From: Trichoplax adhaerens
Taxonomy: Eukaryota > Animalia > Placozoa
Direction of reading: 5' to 3'
NCBI RefSeq assembly: GCF_000150275.1
Contig: NW_002060949.1
Location: forward strand, 5,079,006 to 5,143,005
DNA length: 64,000 nt
In this document: positions 45,438 through 58,800 of the stretch, piece by piece
Layout of the letters: each line of letters opens with the position of its first letter
Numbering within the stretch: the stretch's first letter is position 1
Notes under the pieces: generated by a model
What the model saw: the letters and a program-made list of their open reading frames with translations, nothing else
Told to the model about the DNA's origin: nothing
Database searches by the model: none
Position numbers and translations under genes: made by a program

Positions 45438-48400
45438 TCAAAATATATCAGGGGATGATGAAAAGTCTTGAACATCACGACTTTCCCAATAGTTACCGCG
45501 GTATACATGAACATCTCGATTGCAAAATTCATCAAATACTTTCTTAAACCATATCGGCTCAAAAGGTTTCGGCGGTAAATTCCCGCTTTCTTTCGCAGAT
45601 GTAACCATAGCTTCATATTTATGACGTTTTCCACGTTGTTTTTCCTCTAAACGAAGTTTTTCACTATTAGCGCCATCAAAATCACCCTTCTCCATGCAGC
45701 GTTGGTCAGGTCTTAGCCTAGAATCGGTAGGAGCAATGCCATCTACAGGTGCATTTAGTGAGCAGGTTAAAGGTGCAAACCCGTACATATTTTCTCTTCC
45801 TGGCCTATTACGCATAAAACAGATATATAAGTAATTCACCAAACTTCTAGCAGAAAGTGATAAAATCAATACTCACGGTAAGGAATTCTTTTGCCAAGAT
45901 AGCGTAGATTGCGTAGTTGGAGGTGGTTTACCAGATTTCACAGCATTATAATACTCTTCTAATGGGATTGGATCAATAACTTTTGCATATTCTATTTTAT
46001 TATCCCAGGTGCCATTAATGACGTACCGTACTAATCGCTTAGCGTCAACAACTTGGCCGGATACCTAAGATACGTTACAGTGGACGCGTGATATAGTAAA
46101 GGTTAGCGTATCCTTCGTTGAAACAAAATAATATACCGTAAATAACTATTTACAAATCTTATTAAAATATAGTATTACCTTCCGTGGAGTATCTCGGGCA
46201 AAGTAACTATAAGCCGAATATTTCAAATAACACTTGTCGCGATTACTATGATTAGTAATTTCCATTTCACCAGACTATAGAAGTTATCAGATAAATTTAA
46301 TTTAATTATAGATGAAACTTGCATTTTTGTTAAAAATTATAATGCTTAAAATACCCTACAATATTAATGAAGAATATTTCAATAAGTTGATTGGTATAAT
46401 GATTATACCTGATCAACCCAAAGTTTTCCAACAATTATATTGTGGATAGTGGTGGTAACTTTTCTCCATGTATAGTGGTTACCGCTTTTTGGAAATACTA
46501 AATGTGCAATCCCTTGGGGAATGATTTGGATATATTTACCGCGAAATTTACTAGTCATACTAAAATCTTGCCATAAAACCCAATCTTTGTGTTCTACATA
46601 TTGTGCGGAAGCTGGTGGATGATGACTGACCTATACGATTAACCAGCATGTTAATTAGTGCTGCGAAGTACCCCTTGTAAACGATGTGTAAATCATAATT
46701 ATTACTGTACCTGCTCGCATAATGATCTCCAGCCAAGGTCAGATCTCCGATCGTATTCAAATGTTTCCCCAAGTAACGGATTAAAAGGCTTTGAAATTCT
46801 ATAAGTAGTATTGGCGTAAGAAGACACTGTGAACGCTGCTACATAAGCTAACTGTTCACAAGGATCATCACACGCAGCAGCTCGATCGAGTATTTCAGAA
46901 TATTCTAGATCTTCTGTCAGCCGTTGTAGGAAAGATAGCGGCTCATTAAAATTAACCTAAAAGATAATCATTTACAAAACTCTTACACCATTGTCTAACA
47001 AACCATTCTCTAAATGATAAGAATGTAAATATTTAAAAATGCTCTCATTTACTGGCAAGGGGATTTTCGTCAACTCTTTGCCAATACAATTTTTTAAAAT
47101 ACTCCATAAATTTAGGCGAATATTAGGTTTCTCAGGAATACGATCACGAAGTAGTACATCAATTCTTTTTCCGTTAAAGAAATTCTTATATAATATAAAA
47201 TTTCAAGAAAAAATTAATTTCAATGATTTAAAATCATAAATAACCTATCAAAATAAACAGTCACCTTTGCAGGACCTTCCAATAACATTCGTATCTCAGG
47301 GCTACTACATGCTGGAACAAGTGCCAAATTAGCTTCAGCTCCATCACATTCTTCTTCTGTTTCCGTGTTAATATTAGCGGATGGTTGACTGCTTGTTGAA
47401 GATACGCTAACTGAAGGTTTTATCAGCGGTGTATTAGCAGGAACATCAACGGTAACATCCGTAGCATCATAAAACTCATTATCACTTTCGTCGTCGGATG
47501 TATTCATAGCAAGATCTTGTGATAATTTTCTTCCTATAAAATATAGACAACAGAAGGGTTAACATATTTCGATTTCGTTCTTAAAGTTAGCAACAAAGAT
47601 AAAAGCAGCTTTGATCGTTCTCATAACCATGTCCTTTTATACTGCTCGATCTGGAGATTTTATTTTGAGCTCGTAAACGAGTTTCTAAATGATTCATTTG
47701 TTTAGCTAGTGTCTCTAAAGATTCTTCTAAAGTTGCACGCTTTTGTCGCTCGAAATCAATAGCCTGTTGCCATCTCCTTTCTTGACTTTGTGCTAACGAG
47801 AGATACTCTTCGCAAGCCTACTCAAAAAATTATTAACTATGTCGTTATGAAATTAACTAAATGTCTTTACATAATTCTAAATAAGTAATTCTGTATTTCT
47901 AGATACATACAGATTCGCATTTAAGAAGCTTAGCTGAGCATAAAAACACAATATTCATATACCTTGGCTAAATCCACAGCGGTAATTTTAAACATCGATG
48001 CTTTATCACTAATGGTGATTAGAGCATTATCGTTTTCTGTTCCATCTACCAGTATTTCACTTATACTCCTTTGAAATGAGGATAAATGGCTAACTACTAA
48101 TTCATGTCGTGTTTGAAGTTCTTTCATTTTATTTCCAAGTGATCTAACATAAGGTGCAATTTCTATCTTGCCAACATCTTCCTCATCACCTAGTGAAAAG
48201 TAAGATTAAAAATTTTAGATCATTTCAAGATAACGGAATAAAGTTTTGATCTTGAGCTTGATCAAATAGAGAAAAAAATAGCCACTGTATTAGGCATGAC
48301 CTACAGAAGTCTGCCAATGCAACTTAGCATCAAAGAATTGAAATACCTAAGAAAAGATTTGAACTATTGCTACACGTACGCTTAAATACTAATTAAGTAT

Positions 48401-51400
48401 ACATTAATATAGCGTCAAATACATACGCGTATATATATATTAAAAATACAGTGTAAGTAATATGTGTATATTACCAAAGCTTTGATAAGAGTAAAAATGA
48501 CAACAATAACAGGGTACTTGATATAATTGTGATTCAATAAGGCATGAAACGCAAATATATCAAATGACGAAGAGTAATTATGTAATATAAGTTTAATAAA
48601 AGTGATTAAGTAAAAGTTATTGCGCTGATTTTGTATCCTACCAATTGCACCAATAATAAATAAGCGTCAATTTCATTGCTAATATACCACTTAGTTAGAA
48701 TTTTTATACATACAATAAGTACAAAATAGTACAGTAATACGAGTATATTAAAAAAATATTTGTGTTGAAATAACCATACAGATGCTGTATGCATAAAACC
48801 GTAAATTCAAAAGGATTGTAAGAAGGTCGAATAAAATTTCGATGGATAAATATCTGTACCACTATTTGTGTAATAATAGACATGATAATATCGCCAAAAA
48901 TGATATTGGGATGTTACTTTCTAGTCTTATCGAATCACCGTTCATTTAGTAATAATTTCGGTACAAATTTCTGATCATAATTATTTATATTAAAAGAGAT
49001 GTGATCTAATACAGATAAATGGATTTACCTATGATGAGCGTTGTACAGTATCTATTGGTAATTAAAACAGTACATTGTTCATCATGATGAATAGCACTAA
49101 ACTTCGATATTATCTACGGAATAGCTTAATCTATGAATGCTATTTTCGAAAGCGTAAAGACCCAATTATTAGTTGTTATTATTGTATTATAAGAGAAACG
49201 AAGGGTTGACATAGTATTGCTGACATAATATCAAATATACTTGACCTTGCATTATTAAAAAAATCAGGTGAATTCACTCAATTTGTATCTGCTAATCTAT
49301 TCCTAAATGATATTATCTATCGGAGGAATACATCCAGTTGGAACTATATGCGAGGCAAAAATTGCCATGAATAGCAACATCTCATGCGTAGGAGATACGA
49401 ACGGATAATAACCTGTTTGTACTAACATAGATTTAGATTTGAATATAGTGTAAATTGATTAACTGTGTAATATCTCCACTCCAATTTATCTCTTCGGCTG
49501 ACAGATTATGTTTTAGTCCTACTGTATATTACAAAAGATACTTTAGGTATACATATTCTACAATTTGTGAAAATAAACTAAACCGACATCAAACTTATTA
49601 TCAAAAACTACAAATTGCCATGGTATGATACAGTATCTAGAGTTTTTGGCCATATTTCCAGAGATCGATCAGGCAAGATGTAGGAGTTATTGTCAAGAAC
49701 TATGATTAAATTCTTGCACATTCTTTCAAGCATGACATTTAAAAAATTCATCACTATACACGTAATTAGTTCTAGTATAACGTCGCTGCTATTGCACTAT
49801 AAGAACCTTTAACAACTTGGCAGAATTCATCTTCGTCGCTAAAATCGTCGACAGTGTGAACTGTATTAAACAAATGCAAAATAATAAAGTATGAAATAAT
49901 ATATAATTACAAATACTCGCTGCTTTGCTAAATAGTGCTTACTGAATTTGACTATAACAAGGTGCAATGGAATCACAAACGATAAACAAATTGTGCAAGA
50001 AGGCGAAATGCGTGCACTTTCATTTATAATTGATAAGCGTAATCAATCCATTTTTTTACTCATATTGTAAGAATATTTGTCAACAATAGCCAACATATGG
50101 CAATTTTAATTTGTATAAGACAAATTCACGAGTGCGTTGTATTAGTGACTACTCAATATAAAAACAAAAAAATCTTTTCTTTTAGCTTGAGTAGTCCTAA
50201 CTCTATCTAATATACTGTATATGTGTGCTGGTAAAAGATGTATTATAATTAAGTTTAAGACGTTCTTCCCTTACTTAAGATATAGACTGATAAGCGTTTT
50301 TCTTGATATATTTTTAGCAACTAATCTTATAGTGATATGTCAAGTAAACAGAATAAAGTTGCTGATACATTGATAATATCACTTTCAAAGCTATTTAACT
50401 ATAATAAGTCTATAGGTCTAAAGATCAACTATTTTTACGGCCGCTATGAAGTAATATCACTCAAAATATAAATTACTAATAGTCTATTATAATTAGCCAT
50501 AGATGAGAGTGTTTAACCTCGATATCGTTGTATCATAATAATTTAGAATAGTTATGTTAGGGCAAGGTTATCACGATCACTTTGTATTAGAGTACGCCAT
50601 AGCATTTTAGTAGTCCATCGTAGTAGGCATACAGTCAATTAAGCATCGTTATATCGTCGGTAAATTTCATCATCGTTGATTATTGATACGCTAATTTACT
50701 TATTCATTCGAGAATATTGATGAGTGTTAAAAAGTTGGAGTTTTATAAACTAGCAGTAACTTATCGATACGTATAGTATACCTACATTAGATTACTTAAC
50801 CGAATTGAATAATTTCAGTATCAACTATAAGCATATGCTAGATACGTACAGTATGTACGTAGGTGTCTAACCGTAAAATATTTACATACAATACAAGTAA
50901 GCTACGGTATAATTAAATTAAAATAATTATTTTAGTCTAAAGTAAGGTGTACACAACGGTCTTTCTTACCAGTACATGATGTACTACAGGCTAATTTAGT
51001 AAGGAGACGTATTTGTTGTATTCATATTCACGATTAATAAATTAAGATATAATTCCTACCCCGAATCGAGCTCTTTTTGATAATTTAATTAAAATTAATA
51101 GACGGCTGTTGTTGAAAATAACTGTATTTTGAAATCAGTTAAGGTTCAGGTGTACTTAAAAAGGTGCTATAAACTTGCAGCTGAGGAGAAAACACTTTAC
51201 TGTACAGTAGTATATAATAATAAATAACTCGTAATTTCCTAACGTATAAGGAAGGCACTATTGTAAAAACATATTATCGAACTACTTAAGAAAACACGAA
51301 TAAGACTTTTTCTATTAGAATATTGCTATTTAATTACCTATATAGACACAATCGGATTCATTTGAATTTATTATAATTACAAATTATCAATGCAACACCC

Positions 51401-53963
51401 GAATAGAATAGCAATTGGATAGGTATTAAATTAATTTAGGTCTGTGTACAATATCGCTCTTTTGAATGAAATTTTTTTCGCTCAGAATATACTTTTCCGT
51501 TCAATTCCAATCATCCATCAATTGTAGTACTATACTGTCTATAAAAATTCGTCAAATAATTTATTATTGTAGCATACTGACTAATCACTGTAAATTCAGT
51601 TTTGTTACCCACTTTCGTACATATCAAGTATAAGCTATTGGCAAATTATTAAATTGGCATTGCACCCCCCCCCCTGATTTGAGGATTACATGCTATCATC
51701 ACTGTTATCGATTACTTTAATTTATCCAACATTTTTAATTTTATCCAACTAGAGTACTGCAACACCAACTTTTCAACTATGCATGTGCAATATGATAGTA
51801 CGTAGGCTGCAGTCAATGGCTAAAGTTTGAATAATCCTACCATTGTTTTAGTTTAGGAGATTGGGCACTAATGATGAAATACTACGGCTGCAAAAGAATC
51901 AGAAATTGAAGAATTTCGATTCTTTTCTTCATTTTATTAACGTACAGTATAGTATACTGTAAGATAGAATTATAATCATTATCTTCACTACTACTGTATG
52001 TGGTGTAAAATATGCTGTAAGTTGAAGTAAAGAGATGAAGAATAGAACCGTTATTATGTTCATCATCTCACTGATTTACAGTGGATACAATGACTATCAA
52101 ATGGTGTCATAGAAGGATAGAAATATTTTGATTTGAACTATAATATGTAGCTAGTAACTACTGTAGCAAATTCAATAGTACGTACAGTCGTACTAAAGAC
52201 AAAAAAGAAGTGATTCATCATTAGGGCTTGGAATTCAAATTCAATCATGGTAGCTTTTGAGGCAATGTTGAAAATATTCAAGGCGATTAAGGAGCGTCAT
52301 CAAGTTGGAATCATACGGGTACAGTGAAAATCGGATCGGAATAGTATCAATGTTACAAGTATCTTTGATCGATGTTTTACTTTGTTGCATTTGAACATCA
52401 TAAAATCACCATTAGAAAGCAATTGAAGATTGATGTACTGTGTGTAGGTGGATAAAATAAGGATAGTGTTGGACTTGGAAAGGAAAGTTAACGCCAAATT
52501 TTTTAGAAATGATACCTAATAGACCATTGAAATCGTGTTTTCCGTTTATAAAAGTCGAAAATGGCTTTTATCAATCAATCCATAGCAACTGAAAATGAAA
52601 ACTGCCTATTCTACGTTTTTATGTTAGTTGATGAAGGAAGAATAGGTACTTTAGCCAAGTCGCCAAAATACGAGTGCCAGAAGTCACATCAAGTGTACAA
52701 ATCAAGCGCCATTCTTATTGGATTGCTATACTATGTTCTATACTAATCAAGCATATCGTAGTGCAGCTACTTTGGGATTCATTCTCGCTTATTTTACAAG
52801 TAGTAAATGACATTTGTTATTTACCTAATTCCAATAGCTTGATCGCACTGGCTTTGCATAATTCCAAAGCGGTTACCCACCGCTGGCGTTCCACTTCATT
52901 AGCAGCTCGAAGATGGAATACTTGTGTACTACCATTGCTGACGACAAAATTGAATAAATCTTCAGTATAAATATGTGCGCCAGCTAGATTAATGGTACCA
53001 CGACAGGTATGCGCCATTTCAGCTTGATTTCTAAGGAGAACGAGAGCGATATATAGACCAACAGGCAAAAAAAAAAAAAAAATGACATCAGAGACAGTCG
53101 CTATAGTACATTCCGTTTCAGGTCCAATTTTCCTTCAAAAATTGGGGCAAATATTTTTACAAAGTGCTTCTCTAGTTGATTCATGGCTGTATTTCCCCCC
53201 CCCCCAAAAAAAGAAATGATTATTGTGCATGAAAATGGGGTAGGTTGAGAGCTAGATCGGTTAGCTCCAGAGTTGTTTAAGTGTCGATGGGTAGAGTAGG
53301 GACCGTTCAACATGACTTGTGAGGACGATACGGTACTGTAACTTAGGTTAAAGAGATGAAATTGGATGGACGCCAAAACAAAAAATACTTTGCATGAAAG
53401 TTCATTTACTGAGCCTAAAACGCAGTCAAAGTATTGTAATTTGATTTTATAGACAAGTTGCTCAATGTATTATGAAGATTCAATAACTATCAGACAACAT
53501 GGATGTTTTTATCCACTTGATAGAACTACTAGAATCTCCATTGAAAGACTGCCAATCTGGCGGCCATGACAGTTTACGCGTCTTGTCGTTTATCGTCTTG
53601 GGAGTCAACTATTCTGCTGGGTGACGTCCAGTAGGTGACACGTTGCATCATACGCTACAGTACCGTCATCCAGTCATCGACACGATCAGCAATACTCATG
53701 GTCCAATCAGGTTGATGTTGTGGTCAAGTTGTAAAATGGTCTCAAGATTCAAGGATGGCTTGCAGTCTGGGCTGCCATGATTATTGGATGTACTATTTTA
53801 TGGTTACCGAGTGGAGTTATCAAAGAAAATAGAGTACTGACCGATAATACGATAGCAATCCATTACATAAGACGAAATAGCGCTTTTGATATCCTTTAAT
53901 ATAATTGGTCCATTTATACAGCCAACCACTAAAGTTGTCGGGATAAACTCTGCCGTCAGGCAT
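45438..53963 (-). CDS. OSBP: Oxysterol-binding protein (OSBP/OSBP2 subfamily; about 754 aa, 11 core exons)
   Basis: Exons 53842-53963, 52825-53030, 47963-48189, 47628-47817, 47265-47533, 47053-47184, 46711-46956, 46409-46630, 46179-46274, 45877-46064, 45438-45804. PH domain [70 protein letters not shown]-terminus SPDIF. Confidence 0.94.
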
Positions 53964-54190
53964 ACTGCATGGATTCCTCACAATGTGTAGAGTACAACCC
54001 TAAAGAATCAATTCGTTACAATACACTTAGTAGATAGAAAATGAACAATTAATTCTCTACTTGTCATAGTTGAGAATATTCCAATCAGGTTTGTGTTCAA
54101 AATAAGAATTTATTTACCCCGTTAAGAACGATCAATTCTCCAATAGCCGTAAGTACGTTAAGCAGATCATAAAATGCACCACAATTTATT

Positions 54191-54850
54191 TACTACAGTA
54201 CAGTACAGTACAGTAAGATGCCGTACAGTGCACAGTACTGTCGATAAAAGTACTGTACACTGTGAGAATCCACAATAGGATTGTACAGTGTACAGTGTAC
54301 AGTATGGAGCTTTGGCAGTAGGTTGAGTACTGTACAGACAGATCAGAGAAGAGAACTGGAGTTACGAGGTATTGACTACCGAAAAGGAACCACAAAGTGC
54401 ATGTTGACAGTGCTGTATGGAGATTCGAGGTACTTTACTGCCCAGTTGGTGGCTTTACACCTGATCACGGTCTAGTTTCATTATGATTAACATTATTTTC
54501 TTCTATCTCGATGATATCGTTGCTATGCCATCAATACTCTCTTAGTTCATGGTCACTTGGTCAGTGCCAACCATGTTGAAACTTGAAACTTGGACTTCTA
54601 CTGCACAGTGTACAGTACCTCCACTGGCAGAAGTCCCAAATACCTCTGAGAGAGATACTGTTCAGTATAGTGAATCCAGTACTGTACTGTACAGTATCTA
54701 GAAGTTCATGACTGTACAGTGTAAAGTACTGTAATGTACTTTAGACTGCGCAGTGCACACCTGGCGTCGATGGGACGATGGCTGTGTGTATATCGAGATA
54801 CTGTATATACAAGAGCGTACAGGTTTTTGTATGTACAGTACAGTACTGTT
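54191..54850. promoter_or_regulatory. OSBP/UNC119 divergent promoter with dense CAGTA/TGTACAG arrays
   Basis: (CAGTA)4 at 54196-54215, (TGTACAG)3 at 54282-54302, and further clusters at about 54600-54620, 54678-54735 and 54832-54850. It lies between two head-to-head genes. Confidence 0.55.
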
Positions 54851-55814
54851 CTGGTATGAGTTAGTAGAAGCCAGGGCAAGATACAAATCATCGTTTACTC
54901 AGTCATGCATGAACCCTTCCACTCTGATATCCATCATACACGTATTTATAGAGGAAATTATTTACAGCATATCCGTGCTTCAGGCTGATGGAAAATTTTC
55001 TTTATTATCGTTATTACTCACTGCAATTTTAAAGAATCGATTCATACCAATGCTAAATGATTGTAAAGAGGAAATAATGAATTAACTATATATAAAGAAT
55101 CGGTAGCCGCTGGCTACTGCGGTTGCTCAGTTGCACCACAATACTGTTCCACTTACTGTTTCACAATCAATAACAAACCGTCTCAAACCAGGGACTCCTT
55201 AACCACCACCCCCCACCCCCCATACAGGCCAGCCGAGTGAAACGACAACGAAGACCATGGTAGTAAAACCCCAGTCCAACCACGGTATTGTACTAATCAC
55301 TCAATATATCCTAGCAACGACACGCCCTTAACTTGTGAAATGGATTCTTGCGCCAGATAAAAGCTGCCTTGCTTTTTTCTCATCTTGTTCCAATCAGCTC
55401 CTACGCTACCGTCTACGATAACGTGTATATTGCACCTAATGTTGAGGACTACTGTATCGTAAGCTACGGTATAAACGGCACAATTCAGTATTTAGCCGCA
55501 CTTGCAGAGGGCTTTCAGCACAATTATTATTGTAGCGGTGGATTACATTTGGAGCAATTCCTCTAGGTAATTGTCCCCTACCTAGCTAAGTCTTGTTATC
55601 GTCCATTATTGTCCACAATTGGCGATCTTATCCACTACATTTTACAACAACTTCGATCATTATTGGTCATAGTAAATCGACAGTTGATTACCTTACTAAC
55701 TTAATATTTCCTCCTGTATCATTCATAAGATTGCGCTGGCATACCATTAGGCCATAACCTACAGTACTTTTTTTTCTTCTTCATCAAAAGTCATTACTTG
55801 AAATCATCGAAAAA

Positions 55815-58800
55815 ATGAGTGGCAACTCTAGCGCAGGTCGAAAAAAAGGCGGCGGATTTTTAGCTAGACAAGCTCAAAAAAAGAAATCCATCACCGAAGA
55901 AGAACTACTTAATAAAGATATTATTCGCCCGGAAGATGTTACAAGATTGGGCAAGATGACAGAAAGTAAAGTACTGTAGACTACTATCTTCTTTCTATAC
56001 AAATGATGATTTTAAATTTGTTCAATTTATACCAGTATCAGATAAGTTATCAGTGAGGAGTCTGTAGCTCACTTACTACTCAAATTAATTGCAAATTACA
56101 ACAATCTTGATTAGGCTATATTGATTGTAAGTAGTATACTTTCTCACATTATCGCCAAAGAAACGTCGGTTTCCTAACAAATGCACCATCACATGGAAAA
56201 ACCATTTCTTTTTTCTTATACCTACCAGTAGTTTTCCAATAGGCGATATTTCATCTTCGTTGCGACTATTTTATCCGTTTATAAAGTTGTAAAATCATCT
56301 ACCTTCGTTAAAACTGAAAATTGGCAATTAATGGTGACCAAGTTGACTACAAATTAGACGCTTCGTATTTGGAATGCTATATTCTCTAAGGCTATTTCTA
56401 TACCAATATCATTACTATGTAACAGCCACTTTTTGAAAGCTAAAGGTCATGCAGCCATTTATTTTAGCAGTAGATTTCAATCATACGTTTATAGAGCTTT
56501 TGGATGATACTGAATTAAATGCAACTGAAATGCTGATAATATTTTATATAAGGCATCGTACTGCTCTATCAACATTAATTCTCTGTTTAGCATTTGAATC
56601 ACACGTTTTATGCGATCATTAACAAATGTTTGCATTCAATCTTTACTCTAGCTTATGTTGTAATTCAATTCTATATTTTATACCTTTCACTACGATTTTT
56701 TTTAAAGTGCTTCATATGTCAGCCTGCTTTATAGAATTTAAAATTAGATAACAGCAGTTATAGCATTGTAGGAAAACACATATGGCCCCTACATTTTTAT
56801 AGACAGAACAAATTTATTTGTAGTCTTGAATAGCCTACGTCATCTAGTAGATACCAAACATAGTACAACCTGATAAAGTCTGGATGTATCATTTTTAGCT
56901 TGAATAAACCTTTACGACAGACAGACTAGGTATTTATTCATCTCTCTATTTAGATACTATGTCAAATTTGAACAGTTAAGAAGGCTATTCAAAACGTGAC
57001 ATAGAAATAACATCGCCGCACCAAGCTCGCTCGTCATGACTAAAAATTAATTCAAAATAATATCATCTTATCTAAAGCTAGATTACACATTACACTTCTA
57101 TATTCTATAATTAATTTGCAGCTATACGTAATAACAAGAAAGTTGAAGATATTCACTTTCTTCTTATCGTAATATTTGAGTTATCGTTGCAATAAAGATA
57201 ATTAACGCCTGATAGAATATTTTATTTTATCATTTCTCTTCCGACTGATATAGTAACTATATTCGAAGCGTAAGCCCGTTACATCATACCGCAATTTTTC
57301 TTTCTCTCTTCTCACAATTAAACGTGCGTTTGAGAAATTTCTAACCCCATAATGATTTTGGTGCTCTCCAAAATATCAAACACACGATTTATGTCGTAAT
57401 ATATACTGTATTTATAGCCATTTCTTCCAATTATTAAACACGCATAGTAAATTAAAATTAGTACTAGAATAGAACTTATTGCAAATAAGTCTCTACATAC
57501 TCTACAATTCTCTGCTCAGTGGCTATCCATCAATACGACACTGATTCAAGACACTACCAGGGCTTTGTTTAATTATGGTGTTAACCATGTAAAGGCAGAA
57601 GCTTCACCTCTGTTTTTAAATACGTGTAATCAACTTCTTATTGGCATTTACTGTTTATGCACTTTTATGCCTTTAATTTTTTAATATTCAGCTTTTGATT
57701 AATTATTTTTAAGCGTCATTATTATTTTGTTATGCTGTATTAACGTTATATAGATTACCTCTGTAAGCCTTCGGCCAATGTCTTTGGTATCGAATTTACG
57801 CGATTTAAAATACGGGATATGGAAAGTGGAGATGTCATATTTGAAATAGCTAAACCCGATAATGCTGAAGAAATACCACAGGAAACAAACAACGATGATG
57901 ATGATGATCCAAGAAGAGGCCGATATGTCCGATATCAATTTAGTCCTAAATTTCTGGATTTGAAATCTGTTGGAGCAACGTAAGTGTATACTACAACCAA
58001 TATCGAATACAATTGACTATGAACAACTATAATAGCTATCGTGTTGAAATAAGTAAAATTAATAGATCCTAAAGAAAGATCAATGAGACTTTCCTATACA
58101 TTTTATACACGCTGTTGAGCAAATTTTATCTATTTTATACTGTGTCATTTGAAAATCTATTTTACAATCTCTAATCATCTAAACCAACATTACTAAAGAA
58201 CTACTAAGCATCCATTTTTAGTCGTAAATTTCGGTTAATCCAATAATCAACCCCCTTCATTTACTCGATACTCACAAATATTGTTTTGTTCTAAATCTTC
58301 TACTAGTATCCTACTGATACTTGAATTTCTTAATTATGTTATAATTGCAATAAATTTAATTCAATTTATTTCATGTATATATGGCATAATAGTAGTACTT
58401 AGATGGATTATTAGATCACATTTTAATTAATAGATGTTACTATCTCTTCCTGATCGATTTAATGTATATCATTGCATAAAATTTTAGTATAGCTCAACCC
58501 TTCCTCCTCTAAAGTTTTTTCTGTATAATTTCTTGTTATTATCTCTAAAGAAAACGAGAGGAGAATTTTTATTCCATAGGTCATAGTTTAAATAGCTGAA
58601 ACAATTTCCTTTTGTTTTTTCAGCATGACTTAGATACAATTTTTACTTCTACTCCATTAACCCGTCATATGCTGCCCATATTAGCATGGATACGATCAAA
58701 TTCTTATTAAAAATAATTTACTTCATTACAATTTACAAATAATTTTGAGTAGATTGAAAATTTTAAGTAGATTTGCTCAAGCATTCTTTAGCTAATTTTA

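Noticed and set aside
53101-53376. 91-aa ORF in OSBP intron 1
   Set aside because: It runs through homopolymer tracts. The PH domain is already complete when the flanking exons are joined.
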